DNA from: Candidatus Aminicenantia bacterium
GTDB taxonomy: Bacteria > Acidobacteriota > Aminicenantia > JdFR-78
Length of the DNA stretch: 64,000 nucleotides
NCBI GenBank assembly: GCA_046760445.1
Contig: JBHIEE010000001.1
Location: 19,497-83,496 of the forward strand
Direction: 5' to 3'
Numbering within the stretch: position 1 is the stretch's first letter; each line of letters starts with the position of its first letter. The notes below the pieces were generated by a model. That model ran no database searches and was not told the origin of the DNA. It saw only the letters and a program-made list of their open reading frames with translations. Positions 26,101 through 35,079 of this stretch are shown here, one piece after another. Made by a program: the position numbers and the translations under genes.

Positions 26101-28201
26101 TCTAAAAGGACAATTTAATTCAGCTGAAGAATGTTTGAAAGAAGGTGTTAAGATATTCCAATCCCTTGAGGGCTTTCAGGAAGAAGCTGATTGTTGGTCT
26201 AAATTAGCTGAACTCTATATTGAAAAAAAGGAATACCAAATAGCTCGGGATTGTATTAGCCAAGGAAGTAAAATTGTCCAGAATATTAATTCAGCTGAGT
26301 TAAAATTAAAGTTCGGATTTCTCAGTGGAATGCTGGCTTTTTATCAGAATGATTTAATCGCAGAGAAGATAGTCTCAGATATTCTAACTGAGGCTCAGGA
26401 GATGGGAATAAAGTCCTTAGTTGGCCGAGCCTGGCTATTAAAAGGAAAAGTTCTTAAAGATAAACATCCCCGAGAGGCAAAAGCTGCTTTTTTAGAAGGA
26501 ATAAGAATATTTAAAAAGCTTAAAGATCCATATTGGCAGGCCGAAGCTTTTATTGACTACTATCAGGTCTTTCCAGATTTGCTCAGTCAATCCTCAGCCA
26601 GAGCTAATCTTCTCTGGGCAAAGGATACCTTAAAGAAATTGGCTTCTTTTAAAGCAAACTCGGCAGAGGAGTTAATTTCTCATTATCTTCCTCAAGAGGC
26701 AATAACTTACCAGATAAAGGAGGAAGCAACCGAGTGGGTGGGGCGGTCACTCCCTGCTCTCCAGCAACTTCAGCCACCCTCTGGTATTCTCAACCAGCTT
26801 TTAGACTTGATTCTTCAGGAAATTCCAGCCGAAAGGGCAGCAGCTTTTTTGCTCGATGATCAAGGAGAAATTGTTTATAGAAAGTCGCGAAATAAAAATA
26901 TAGATGAACAGGATATCAGTATTAGCTTAATTAAAAGATCATTTAGAGAAAAGAGAGCGTTAATATTAAATAATCTAAAAACAGATCCTCAATTTAAAGA
27001 TAATGAGAGCGTCATTATTCATGACTTGGATAGTGTCGTTTGTCTTCCTTTGACTATTGAAGGTAAGACAGCTGGGGTAATTTACTTAGATCGAAAAATA
27101 GGTTTTAGGCCATTTTCCCATCGGGATGTGGAGTTTTTAATTGCTATTTCAACACCAATTAGCTTGGTCTTGAAAAATTCTCTCGAATTTCAGACCCTGA
27201 GAGAGAAACTGGATGCTAAATATAAATTTCCCATAATTGGGCAGTCTCGGCAGATGGAAAGGGTCTTTTCCATTATGGATAGAGTTAAAGATTTAGATGT
27301 TCCGGTTTTAATTTCAGGAGAAAGTGGAACAGGAAAGGAACTCATTGCTCGAGCAATCCATTACCAAGGAGCAAGAAAAAATAAAGAATTTGTGGCTGTT
27401 AACTGCAGTGCTTTGCCGGAGAATTTGCTGGAAGCAGAATTATTTGGCTATATTAAAGGAGCTTTCACGGGAGCAAACCGTGATAGAAAAGGGTTGATTG
27501 AGGAAGCTGAGGGTGGGACTTTTTTTCTGGATGAAATAGGGGACTTATCTCTTAGCCTTCAATCTAAATTACTTCGAGTTCTTCAGGAAAAAGAAATAAG
27601 AAGGATAGGTGAGAACAAAACCCGTAAGATTAATGTTCGATTTATCAGTGCGACCAATAAAAATTTAGACAGGGAAATAGAAAAAGGTAATTTCAGGGAG
27701 GATCTTTACTATCGTATTAAGGTAATTCCCATTGAAGTGCCCCCACTTAGAAAAAGAAGAGAAGATATACCTTTATTGGCTGATCACTTTTTGAAAAAAT
27801 ATAGCCAGCAAATGGGAAAAGAAAGAGTTTATTTTTCTCCAGAAGCAATAGAAATGTTAATCAATTATTCTTGGCCAGGAAATATCAGAGAATTGGAAAA
27901 TGAGATTCAGCGAATATTAGTGTTTTTAGGAGAGGAAACTTTAATTAAAAAAGAGCATCTTTCTTTTAAAATAATTCCTGAAGAGGAAAGAGAAATTACC
28001 TTTGATTCATATCCCAATCTTAGTCAGGCGAGAGAACAATTCGAGAAAAATTTTGTACTTCAGGCTTTAGTCAGAAACAACTACAATCAGTCTAAGACTG
28101 CACGAAATATTGGTCTTTCCCGTCAAGGTCTTCTTAAGGCAATGAAAAAATATAACATAGCATTAAAGAGAGACTTAATGAAAAACGAACAAGAAGAATA
28201 A
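23195..28201 (+). CDS. 1668-aa multidomain sigma54-dependent activator: divergent Hanks-type kinase, STAND/AAA ATPase, TPR array, GAF, sigma54-interaction AAA+ domain and Fis-type HTH
   Basis: HRDISLNN, DFC, GTFPYLKPE; Walker A GEKECGKTS and Walker B FIFIVDDID; TPR-like repeats; GAF (AAFLLDD...VCLPL...GVIYLD); ESGTGKE, GAFTGA, GGTFFLDEIGDL; SKTARNIGLSRQGLLKAMKKY. Confidence 0.85.
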   Translation: MSFLPRTQYELLQKIDECKVSSLYQAYDYLHNQELLIKIFPPGSHISWKCLTKFPFLLHPNILPITDTGYLFKNKFFTASPKIEGLPLSSSLSQAKEDFISIAFQLANALSFLHQQEIIHRDISLNNIILTPEGRIYLADLDFCWSISSRQSKRIVVGTFPYLKPEIIQRKEYYTYQSDLYALGIVLLESYLGEKFVQKTPDFRINQEIDLVEETGIQRLIEKLLGMERKKYEKGKDFLLDLLIYIQKNKISLEKIPLEYLIGFTFLEERREEKILKGILAQVEDSHSRIAVLIGEKECGKTSLLNNFWLRNKSSSSLGVFLKGEKFFSFLNSLSQQLKFLISEENLFSINDFFRLRENQNLDSLTFSQSAKFSFFEEMLSCLKQIIAKTKCSSFIFIVDDIDQSDSLLKECLDYLTKNSQKLPILYIFSVSNQNSFLSSDFSEIRIKQLSLEQYERTVYFPFSTKKGFFKYLYLKSSGHPFYFVEILREFLKTKEKCLDFLLSEEQSYDFSFVKSPVIRDLYQKKVSRLNPIEKELLEFCSFFPDKFEIDQISYQKPYPNIQKSLSRLVEFGFIKRVDEDKYCFLQPWKDLIYSQISKEKRKEIHANLAHQAVKEGLSKSTIAFHFLHSQDCSKGIKFALEAAIEGKEKLIHEDGLNILEQYLTVVDSIQDNCLKSKYFFLKGELNLLAGNFYKSQEDLEKALQFSIPGEIEQGEIRLNLARALYGSQKYELALKVLMENKNYLDELTFSSEIESLRIKNNYLLAKNLWLTGQTQKAINELQNSYHQALNFDELLAAKGRLDLGYFLIMRGEKEEAEKHLNECLKIFEQYEKIDETGFCQLYLAYLEREKRHWKESLILLEKAHKSFSMARDLFSLAKVSSDLGRHYLTMENWEEAKNWFEKSEELFSQINNPRGITLAKFNLGEVALHEGEWHQAEEIFRESLNLDRKSGNQWSVAYDLNSLGYLYYLKGQFNSAEECLKEGVKIFQSLEGFQEEADCWSKLAELYIEKKEYQIARDCISQGSKIVQNINSAELKLKFGFLSGMLAFYQNDLIAEKIVSDILTEAQEMGIKSLVGRAWLLKGKVLKDKHPREAKAAFLEGIRIFKKLKDPYWQAEAFIDYYQVFPDLLSQSSARANLLWAKDTLKKLASFKANSAEELISHYLPQEAITYQIKEEATEWVGRSLPALQQLQPPSGILNQLLDLILQEIPAERAAAFLLDDQGEIVYRKSRNKNIDEQDISISLIKRSFREKRALILNNLKTDPQFKDNESVIIHDLDSVVCLPLTIEGKTAGVIYLDRKIGFRPFSHRDVEFLIAISTPISLVLKNSLEFQTLREKLDAKYKFPIIGQSRQMERVFSIMDRVKDLDVPVLISGESGTGKELIARAIHYQGARKNKEFVAVNCSALPENLLEAELFGYIKGAFTGANRDRKGLIEEAEGGTFFLDEIGDLSLSLQSKLLRVLQEKEIRRIGENKTRKINVRFISATNKNLDREIEKGNFREDLYYRIKVIPIEVPPLRKRREDIPLLADHFLKKYSQQMGKERVYFSPEAIEMLINYSWPGNIRELENEIQRILVFLGEETLIKKEHLSFKIIPEEEREITFDSYPNLSQAREQFEKNFVLQALVRNNYNQSKTARNIGLSRQGLLKAMKKYNIALKRDLMKNEQEE

Positions 28202-28233
28202 TCACCCCTTTTTGTTTTAATAGGCAGGATAAA

Positions 28234-29166
28234 GTGAGCCGATTTTTATTAAGAAGATTTACTACCACTCTAATTGTCCTCTGGGGAGTAGGAACGCTGG
28301 TTTTTTTGTTAATTCATTTTATTCCCGGAGACCCTATTGAGGCAATGTTAGGAGAGACTGCTCAACAGACTGATATTGAGGATCTGAGAGAAAGATTAGG
28401 CTTAAATCAACCATTATTAATTCAATATAAAAACTATTTTTTGGGATTAATTCAGGGGGATTTGGGAATTTCCATTGCTTCTGGTAGAAAAGTCACTCAG
28501 GAAATTTGGCATCATTTTCCTGCTACAGCAGAATTAGCCCTGGCAAGCATTGTGGTTGCTCTTTTAGTCTCTTTTCCTCTGGGCATTTTGGCTGCGGTGA
28601 AAAAGGATTCTCCCTGGGATATAACAGCCACGGTAGTTTCTACCTTAGGATTAGCTATCCCTAATTTCTGGCTTGGACCTTTACTAATTATTTTATTTTC
28701 AATAAAATTTGGTATCTTTCCGGTTTCAGGTCGAGGAAGTATCGCTCACCTCATTTTACCCGCAATTACATTAGGCACTGCTTTAGCAGCACTTTTAACC
28801 AGAATTATTAAAACAAGCGTTGTTGAGGAATTAAGAGAAGATTATGTCCGAACTGCTCTGGCCAAAGGATTAAGCAAGAGAAAAGTATTAATGAAACATG
28901 TTCTTAGAAATGCCTTGATTCCTATTGTGACCATTATGGGATTACAGATTGGTAGTTTATTGACGGGAGCAATTATTACTGAGACTATATTTTCCTGGCC
29001 AGGAATAGGAAGATTAATTATTCGGGCCATAAATCAGAGAGATTATCCCTTGGTTCAAGGAGTAATTATTTTTATTGCTTTTATTTATATTAGTGTCAAT
29101 TTCATAACTGATATAGTTTATGCCATTATTGACCCAAGAATAAGGTATGAGGCTTCACCAAGATGA
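28234..29166 (+). CDS. ABC peptide/nickel-type permease (DppB/OppB family)
   Basis: FLLRRFTTTLIVLWGVGTLVFLLIHFIPGDP and the EAA-loop region EDYVRTALAKGLSKRKVLMKHVLRNAL. GTG start. Confidence 0.85.
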   Translation: MSRFLLRRFTTTLIVLWGVGTLVFLLIHFIPGDPIEAMLGETAQQTDIEDLRERLGLNQPLLIQYKNYFLGLIQGDLGISIASGRKVTQEIWHHFPATAELALASIVVALLVSFPLGILAAVKKDSPWDITATVVSTLGLAIPNFWLGPLLIILFSIKFGIFPVSGRGSIAHLILPAITLGTALAALLTRIIKTSVVEELREDYVRTALAKGLSKRKVLMKHVLRNALIPIVTIMGLQIGSLLTGAIITETIFSWPGIGRLIIRAINQRDYPLVQGVIIFIAFIYISVNFITDIVYAIIDPRIRYEASPR

Positions 29167-29978
29167 AAATTAGAGAGAATTTATCATTATCGCTCGGATT
29201 TTTTTTATTAATTCTAATCTCTCTTTTTGCGGTATTGATTCCTATCTTCCACAAGGGTTCGATTACTGAAATTGACTTAGAGCATCGTCTTTCCCCTCCA
29301 TCTAAATCTTATCCTCTAGGGAGAGATGAATTAGGAAGGGATGAACTGGCCAGGATTGCTTATGGAGCCAGAATTTCTTTGTTTGTTGGCTTCTCAGTTG
29401 TTTTTATTTCAGCTTTTGTAGGTCTAATTATGGGGCTCATTTCTGGGTTTGTCGGAGGAATGATGGATGAGATAATTATGCGTCTGGTAGACATTTTGCT
29501 TTCTTTTCCCGGGATATTATTAGCTATTGCTATGGTTGCTTTTTTTGGGCCGAGCCTTCCCAATTTGATTTTTGCTTTGGTAATAACTGGATGGGTGGGC
29601 TATTCCCGCCTGGCAAGAGGTCAAGTTTTAAAACTCAAAGAGATGGATTTCATTTTGGCTGCCCGGGCAATCGGTGCTTCTTCTTGGAGAATAATATTTC
29701 ATCATTTAATGCCAAATGTTTTGCCTCTCTTGGTTGTTCAAGCCTCTCTTGGGATTGCGGCTGCTATTTTGGCTGAATCAGGACTTAGCTTTTTGGGTCT
29801 TGGAGTTCAACCTCCTACCCCTTCCTGGGGAGCAATGATAGATCAGGGGAGAAATCATCTTTTTGAAGCTTCCTGGTTAACTATATTTCCTGGAGTAGCT
29901 TTGCTAATTACTATTCTAGGATTTAATTTATTAGGTGAAGGCTTAAGGAAAATATTAACTCCTAAAGAAATAAGGTGA
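29163..29978 (+). CDS. ABC peptide/nickel-type permease (DppC/OppC family)
   Basis: PLGRDELGRDELARIAYGARISL and DFILAARAIGASSWRIIFHHLMPNV. 4-nt overlap with the previous permease. Confidence 0.85.
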   Translation: MKIRENLSLSLGFFLLILISLFAVLIPIFHKGSITEIDLEHRLSPPSKSYPLGRDELGRDELARIAYGARISLFVGFSVVFISAFVGLIMGLISGFVGGMMDEIIMRLVDILLSFPGILLAIAMVAFFGPSLPNLIFALVITGWVGYSRLARGQVLKLKEMDFILAARAIGASSWRIIFHHLMPNVLPLLVVQASLGIAAAILAESGLSFLGLGVQPPTPSWGAMIDQGRNHLFEASWLTIFPGVALLITILGFNLLGEGLRKILTPKEIR

Positions 29979-30002
29979 TTTTTCAGATTAAATTTCAATA
30001 AA

Positions 30003-30236
30003 AAAATAAATTCATTTTTGAACTGCCGATCTGGGTCTCATCACCCCGGATTTTGGATGCCATAGTAAAGCCAGTAAAACCATAAATAGTTAAAATGATA
30101 ACAGAGGCATAGTTCATTATTGCCTAAGGAAGATACTTAAGGTTGGAACACTAATTGTTCCAGTGATATAAACCCCAGCCATACTCCAAGGTATAATAGG
30201 AACGATGATTGCACCTGACTCTTCAATAATTCGTGG
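30003..30236 (-). pseudogene. C-terminal remnant of an NhaC-family Na+/H+ antiporter gene (frameshift plus in-frame stop; N-terminal part absent)
   Basis: The reverse strand gives PRIIEESGAIIVPIIPWSMAGVYITGTISVPTL in one frame. In another frame it gives KYLP*AIMNYASVIILTIYGFTGFTMASKI. These resemble the NhaC C-terminal PLIPW..G.Y..G and YLPY..FN...IYGFTGF blocks. Confidence 0.55.
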
Positions 30237-30435
30237 CTTTGTTATTTGACATTTTATGTATTTCCTCTGTGTTCTCTATGATTTTCATAATTCTTTCATG
30301 TTATTCTTGATACTACCGATATATGAAATTTCTTTTTCTAAAATACTTGAGCAAGGACATTTTCTTATAGCCAATTAAATATTATCTAACTTGTTTCGAT
30401 TCAAGAGATTTTCAGAAATTATTATTTATCCATGA

Positions 30436-31755
30436 TTATCGCAGGATGTCATTTTTCTTAATCCAGATTTCAAGCGTTCTCAAGGCCCTTTGAGCTAAAA
30501 TAAATCTCCTTTTTCTTTTTCCTCTCACAGGGGGAGAAAGAGAAGGGAGTAGTCCAAAAGTAAATTTTACAGGCTGGAAGTTTTCTGAATTAGCTTTAGA
30601 TATATAATTTCCAAGGGTTCCAAGAGCTGCTTCCTGAGGAAAGGGAAGGAGCTTTTTGCCTTGAACCAATCTTGAGACATTAATTCCTGCTATCAGTCCT
30701 GAAGCAATTGATTCAACATATCCTTCTACTCCTGACAACTGGCCAATAATGAATAAGCTTTTTCTTTTTTTTGTCTGGAAAAAATTATTAAGAATTGAAG
30801 AAGCATTAATATAGGTATTCCGATGCATCACTCCAAATCGGACAAATTCTGCCTTTTCCAATCCAGGAATCATTCGGAAAATTCTCTCTTGTTCTTTCCA
30901 TTTGAGTCGTGTCTGAAATCCAACGAGCTGATAATGTTCAACTGCTAAATCATCTTGTCGGAGCTGGACAACGGCATAGGGTCTTTTTCCTGTTTGAGGA
31001 TTAATTATTCCGACAGGTCTTAATGGCCCAAAAAGAAGAGTATTCTTTCCTCGACGAGCCATTTCCTCGATAGGGAGACAACTTTCAAAAAAATTATTTT
31101 TTTCGAAAGGATGAAGTTCTACTACTTCTGCTTTGATTAAAGCCTGATAAAAATTTTCATATTTTTCTTCACTCAGCGAAGCATTCAAATAATCAGGGCT
31201 TCCTTTGTTATATCTTGATGCTCGGAAAACCTTGGTGTAATCAATTGACTCGGCCAAAACAATGGGAGAGGTGGCGTCATAAAAATAAAGATTTTCCTTC
31301 CCTGTAAATTTCATTAAATTTTGGAGAAGGTTATCTGAAGTAAGAGGGCCAGAGGCAATAATTACTATTTCAGATGAAGGTATTTCCTTTACTTCTTTCC
31401 TTTTAATCTCAATGTTTTTATTTAATCCAATCTGGTAGGTTACCCATTCAGCAAATTTTTTACGGTCAACACAGAGAGTCTGACCTCCGGGGACCCTGAA
31501 TTTTTCTGCCCCTTTTATTAGTAATGAGTCAATTCTTTTTAATTCTTCCTTTAAAAGCCCACTTGGCGTACCAAAGTTCATTGAGCCAAGTGAATTAGAG
31601 CAAACCAGCTCAGCAAAATAGGAAGAATTATGAGCTGGGGTAAATTTCTCTGGTCTCATCTCATAAAGTAAGACTTTTATTCCCCTTTTAGCTATTTGAT
31701 ATGCTGCTTCTGAACCAGCAAGTCCAGCACCAATAATAATTATTTGATTCTTCAT
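30436..31755 (-). CDS. trmFO: Methylenetetrahydrofolate-tRNA-(uracil54-C5)-methyltransferase
   Basis: IIIIGAGLAGSEAAYQIAKRGIKVLLYEMRP, AELVCSNSLGS, QLSGVEGYVES. Confidence 0.9.
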   Translation of the reverse strand: MKNQIIIIGAGLAGSEAAYQIAKRGIKVLLYEMRPEKFTPAHNSSYFAELVCSNSLGSMNFGTPSGLLKEELKRIDSLLIKGAEKFRVPGGQTLCVDRKKFAEWVTYQIGLNKNIEIKRKEVKEIPSSEIVIIASGPLTSDNLLQNLMKFTGKENLYFYDATSPIVLAESIDYTKVFRASRYNKGSPDYLNASLSEEKYENFYQALIKAEVVELHPFEKNNFFESCLPIEEMARRGKNTLLFGPLRPVGIINPQTGKRPYAVVQLRQDDLAVEHYQLVGFQTRLKWKEQERIFRMIPGLEKAEFVRFGVMHRNTYINASSILNNFFQTKKRKSLFIIGQLSGVEGYVESIASGLIAGINVSRLVQGKKLLPFPQEAALGTLGNYISKANSENFQPVKFTFGLLPSLSPPVRGKRKRRFILAQRALRTLEIWIKKNDILR

Positions 31756-31829
31756 TTTATTAGTATTAAATTATAGCCATAAATTATTTTTAATTTAAGA
31801 GGTTATTATAGTATATTAATAAAGAAAAA

Positions 31830-32876
31830 ATGAAAATTATTCATACGGCTGATATTCATCTTGGAGGAAGAAGGACAGAAGATATTTTTGCTCAGCTAAA
31901 AAAAATAATAGATTTAATTCAAAAAGAAAAAGTGGAAGTTTTGATTATTGCCGGTGATTTGTTTGACCGGGAAATGAGCGCTACCTCTACCATTCGGGAC
32001 AGAGTGAAAAATCTATTTTCTCAAATTCCTCAAACTGAAATATTTATCCTTCCCGGAAATCATGATCAGGAAGAGCCTTATCGGGATGAGTTTTATTATG
32101 GTCCTAATGTAGAAGTATTGAAGAAGAGACCAATGGAAGTAAAAAAAATAGGCAATGTAGAAATATATTTTTTTCCTTTTTATGATCAAGGCTCAAGTCA
32201 GGAAATGGTGAAGTCTGCAATTGCTAATCCCTCGCAGGCTGAATTCAAAATTGGGGTTGTTCATGGTACCTATATGGAAAACAAGGAAATAAGAGACCAT
32301 CTTCTTTTTCAAAATGAAGGTTATTATCCCATCTTTTCTTCTGATTTAAGAGAAATGAATTTAGATTATTTAGCTTTGGGACATTTTCATTATCACCGTT
32401 TGTGGCAGGATGGAGAAACCTGGTGCGGTTATCCAGGAACAATTGAAATCCTTTCCTTTAAAGAACTTGATGAGCGAAAAGTAATAATGCTTGAAATTAA
32501 GGATAAAGTAAGTCCTTACCCTATCAATATTGGAATGCAGAAAAAAGTTGGCTCAGTTACTCTCGATATCCAGGAGATAGATAAATTAAAAGAAATAAGA
32601 AAAAATTATGATATTTTGAAAGTGACTGTTAAAGGAATAGTTAAAAATGAAAAAGAAACAGCTAAGAAACTCATTCAATTGGAAAAAGAATATAGTTTTT
32701 ATCAACTGGAAAACCAGACCAAATCATTTGCTTCAATTGAAGAAACTAAATTAGGGCAGATGATCAAAGAGAGGATTGAAGAGAAAATAAAGCTTGAACC
32801 AGAAAAAAAAGAATTCTGGAAAGATGTTTTAATGGCTGGTTTTGAAATCTTAGAATCTGGAATGAGTCGTAAATGA
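31830..32876 (+). CDS. Metallophosphoesterase, SbcD/Mre11-like (YhaO-like) nuclease subunit
   Basis: MKIIHTADIHLGG, IIAGDLFD, LPGNHD, ALGHFH. Confidence 0.8.
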   Translation: MKIIHTADIHLGGRRTEDIFAQLKKIIDLIQKEKVEVLIIAGDLFDREMSATSTIRDRVKNLFSQIPQTEIFILPGNHDQEEPYRDEFYYGPNVEVLKKRPMEVKKIGNVEIYFFPFYDQGSSQEMVKSAIANPSQAEFKIGVVHGTYMENKEIRDHLLFQNEGYYPIFSSDLREMNLDYLALGHFHYHRLWQDGETWCGYPGTIEILSFKELDERKVIMLEIKDKVSPYPINIGMQKKVGSVTLDIQEIDKLKEIRKNYDILKVTVKGIVKNEKETAKKLIQLEKEYSFYQLENQTKSFASIEETKLGQMIKERIEEKIKLEPEKKEFWKDVLMAGFEILESGMSRK

Positions 32877-34972
32877 GACTAAAAGAACTAATCATTAATG
32901 AATTTGGTAAATTTAAAAATAAAACTCTGGATTTAAGTTTTCCCATTACCCTTCTTTATGGTCCCAATGAAAGCGGAAAAACGACTATTTTAGAAGCTTT
33001 GGAATATGCTTTAATTCCTAAAGCCTCTTTAAGCCGAGATTATCCATGTAAAGAAGCAAGGCTCAGGTTGGTGAAAAATAATCAAATTTTTGAGCTGGAA
33101 AAAGGAAAATTGAAGTCAGGAGGGAAGTCTCCTTTTATTGATTTCATTACCTCGATGAAACCAAGATTTTTTCGAAATATATTTTATATTAGAACAGGAG
33201 AACTCGAAATCTCAAAAGAAATTGAAAGCGGAGTTGATTTTGCTTCTCATCTTAAAGAAAAAATTCTTGAACTCGAGAATTTCTATCAGGTGAAAAATAG
33301 GCTTGAGGAAGAGCTCGGTTATTTAGTCCATCCTTCCAAAAGAAAATCAAAAATAGAGGAAGAAATTAAAAGCTCAAAAGAAAAAAGGGATGAAATGGAA
33401 AGAAAAAGAAAAGATTGGCAGGATGTTAGAAATTTAGAGATAAGGAAGGAACAAAAGAACAGAGAAAAAATGAGCTTCGAGAAAGAACTTAAAGAAAAAG
33501 AGAAAAGACTGGAGAAAATGGAACAGGCAAGGAAAATAGATGAATATGAAAAGGAATTAAAAAACAGACAGAGTTTAAAGCGGTGTTATGAAGATTTAGA
33601 CCTTTATGATTCTTTTTCCAAAGAGGATTTAGAATCAATAGAAAACGTAGAAAAAAAAGAAATAGAGATAAATAATCAAATTAAAATTTTAAAAGAAAGA
33701 GAATCAAGTTTCAGTCAGAGGATAAATGAGATTAGTCAGGAAATAGAGCGATTGACGAAAGATATAGAAAAGCTTTCTCTGGAAATAGGGAAAGAGGTTT
33801 CGAAAAGTAAGATAAAATGGATCTTAATTTTATCTGCCTTATTAATCGTCAATCTTTTCCTCAAAATTTTAATTCCTTTACCCTGGTGGAGCTTAATCAC
33901 TACGGGCATTTTATTCCTAACTATTTTAATCCTAATTTTCTCTTGGGTAATTAGAAGAAAAATAACCTGGGGTCAGGCATTAAGAATTGACGAGAAAAAG
34001 AAAGCCAAGGATGAGGAAGAAAACAAACTTAAAGAAGAAAAAAGAAAGATAGAGGGAATTATTCAGCAAATCAAGGATCATCAAGATAAGTTAAATGAAA
34101 TAAAGAATAAAAAGCAAAAAATTTTACAGAAATCAGGGGTGAATTCCCTTGGAGAATACAGGAAAAAATGGGAAAAAAAGTCCCATCTCATGAATGAAAT
34201 TGAAAATATAAAGAAAAACTTGGAGGATAAAGATGCTTCAAAAGAAGAAAACAGAGACAGAATAGACTGGTTAAGTGGAGAACTAAGTATATTAAGACAC
34301 AAGCCGTCCGAAAAATATATTGAAAAAGAATATTTAAAATTAAAGAATGAAACTCAATCTCTTAGAGAAGAATTTACTCAGCTCAGCGAGGAAATAGCTC
34401 ATCTCGAAGGAGAAATAAGTGTTCTCAGGGTAAATTTAGATGAAGATGAAAGCCAGATTATAAAGCAAATTGATCAACTTGAAGAAGAAATAGAAAAAAA
34501 AGAAAATAATAAAAATTTATTAAAAAATTTTTATGATATTCTGAAAGAAATTGAAGAAGAAACAGAAAAATTTTTAAAAGATGTAATTGAGAAAGATGGA
34601 AGCAGCTGGTTTTCAAAGATTACTCACAATAGATATAAAAAAGTTGAAATTTCAAAATGGAAGGATTTTTATGTTATTTTGGGTAATAATGAGAAAAAGG
34701 AGTTTTCCTGGCTGAGTAGAGGCACACAGGATCAACTTTATTTTTCTTTAAGATTGGCTTTAGCTCAAAGAGTTGCCGGAGAAGGAGCTAACTTCTTTTT
34801 AATTTTGGATGACCCTTTTATTACTTTTGACCACCAAAGAATAAAACAAGCAATAAATATCTTGCAAGAAATTTCCAAAGAACATCAAATAATATTAGCC
34901 ACTAAAGATGAGTTTACCAAAGAGTTAGCTCAAAAGATTGGGGGGAAGATAATAGAAGTAGAAAAATTGTAA
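32873..34972 (+). CDS. SbcC/Rad50-like (YhaN-like) AAA ATPase with a coiled coil interrupted by a two-helix membrane hairpin
   Basis: Walker A GPNESGKTTILEAL, a long K/E coiled coil, signature-like LSRGTQDQLYFSLRLAL and Walker B FFLILDDPF. Hydrophobic WILILSALLIVNLFLKILIPLPWWSLITTGILFLTILILIFSWVI at 33818-33952. 4-nt overlap with the upstream gene. Confidence 0.75.
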   Translation: MRLKELIINEFGKFKNKTLDLSFPITLLYGPNESGKTTILEALEYALIPKASLSRDYPCKEARLRLVKNNQIFELEKGKLKSGGKSPFIDFITSMKPRFFRNIFYIRTGELEISKEIESGVDFASHLKEKILELENFYQVKNRLEEELGYLVHPSKRKSKIEEEIKSSKEKRDEMERKRKDWQDVRNLEIRKEQKNREKMSFEKELKEKEKRLEKMEQARKIDEYEKELKNRQSLKRCYEDLDLYDSFSKEDLESIENVEKKEIEINNQIKILKERESSFSQRINEISQEIERLTKDIEKLSLEIGKEVSKSKIKWILILSALLIVNLFLKILIPLPWWSLITTGILFLTILILIFSWVIRRKITWGQALRIDEKKKAKDEEENKLKEEKRKIEGIIQQIKDHQDKLNEIKNKKQKILQKSGVNSLGEYRKKWEKKSHLMNEIENIKKNLEDKDASKEENRDRIDWLSGELSILRHKPSEKYIEKEYLKLKNETQSLREEFTQLSEEIAHLEGEISVLRVNLDEDESQIIKQIDQLEEEIEKKENNKNLLKNFYDILKEIEEETEKFLKDVIEKDGSSWFSKITHNRYKKVEISKWKDFYVILGNNEKKEFSWLSRGTQDQLYFSLRLALAQRVAGEGANFFLILDDPFITFDHQRIKQAINILQEISKEHQIILATKDEFTKELAQKIGGKIIEVEKL

Positions 34973-35079
34973 AAATAAGGGAGTTAGGAGTAAATCTCCA
35001 TCTTGAGCTTCAAAACGAGTGGCAAGAAAAAATATTCAAAAAATTTTCCTTAATTCAATTTTTAAAATTTTGTGTATGA

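Noticed and set aside
23195-28201. Antiphage Avs/STAND-type defence protein
   Set aside because: Although it has an NTPase plus TPR core, the C-terminus is a complete GAF-sigma54-activator-HTH transcription factor. There is no nuclease, protease or other effector domain, and the neighbours are housekeeping genes.
31830-34972. SbcCD-like pair as a dedicated phage-defence system (Lamassu/Gabija-like)
   Set aside because: There are no additional defence genes and no mobile-element context. The motif set fits a YhaO/YhaN-type repair nuclease. This is left as a check, not a claim.
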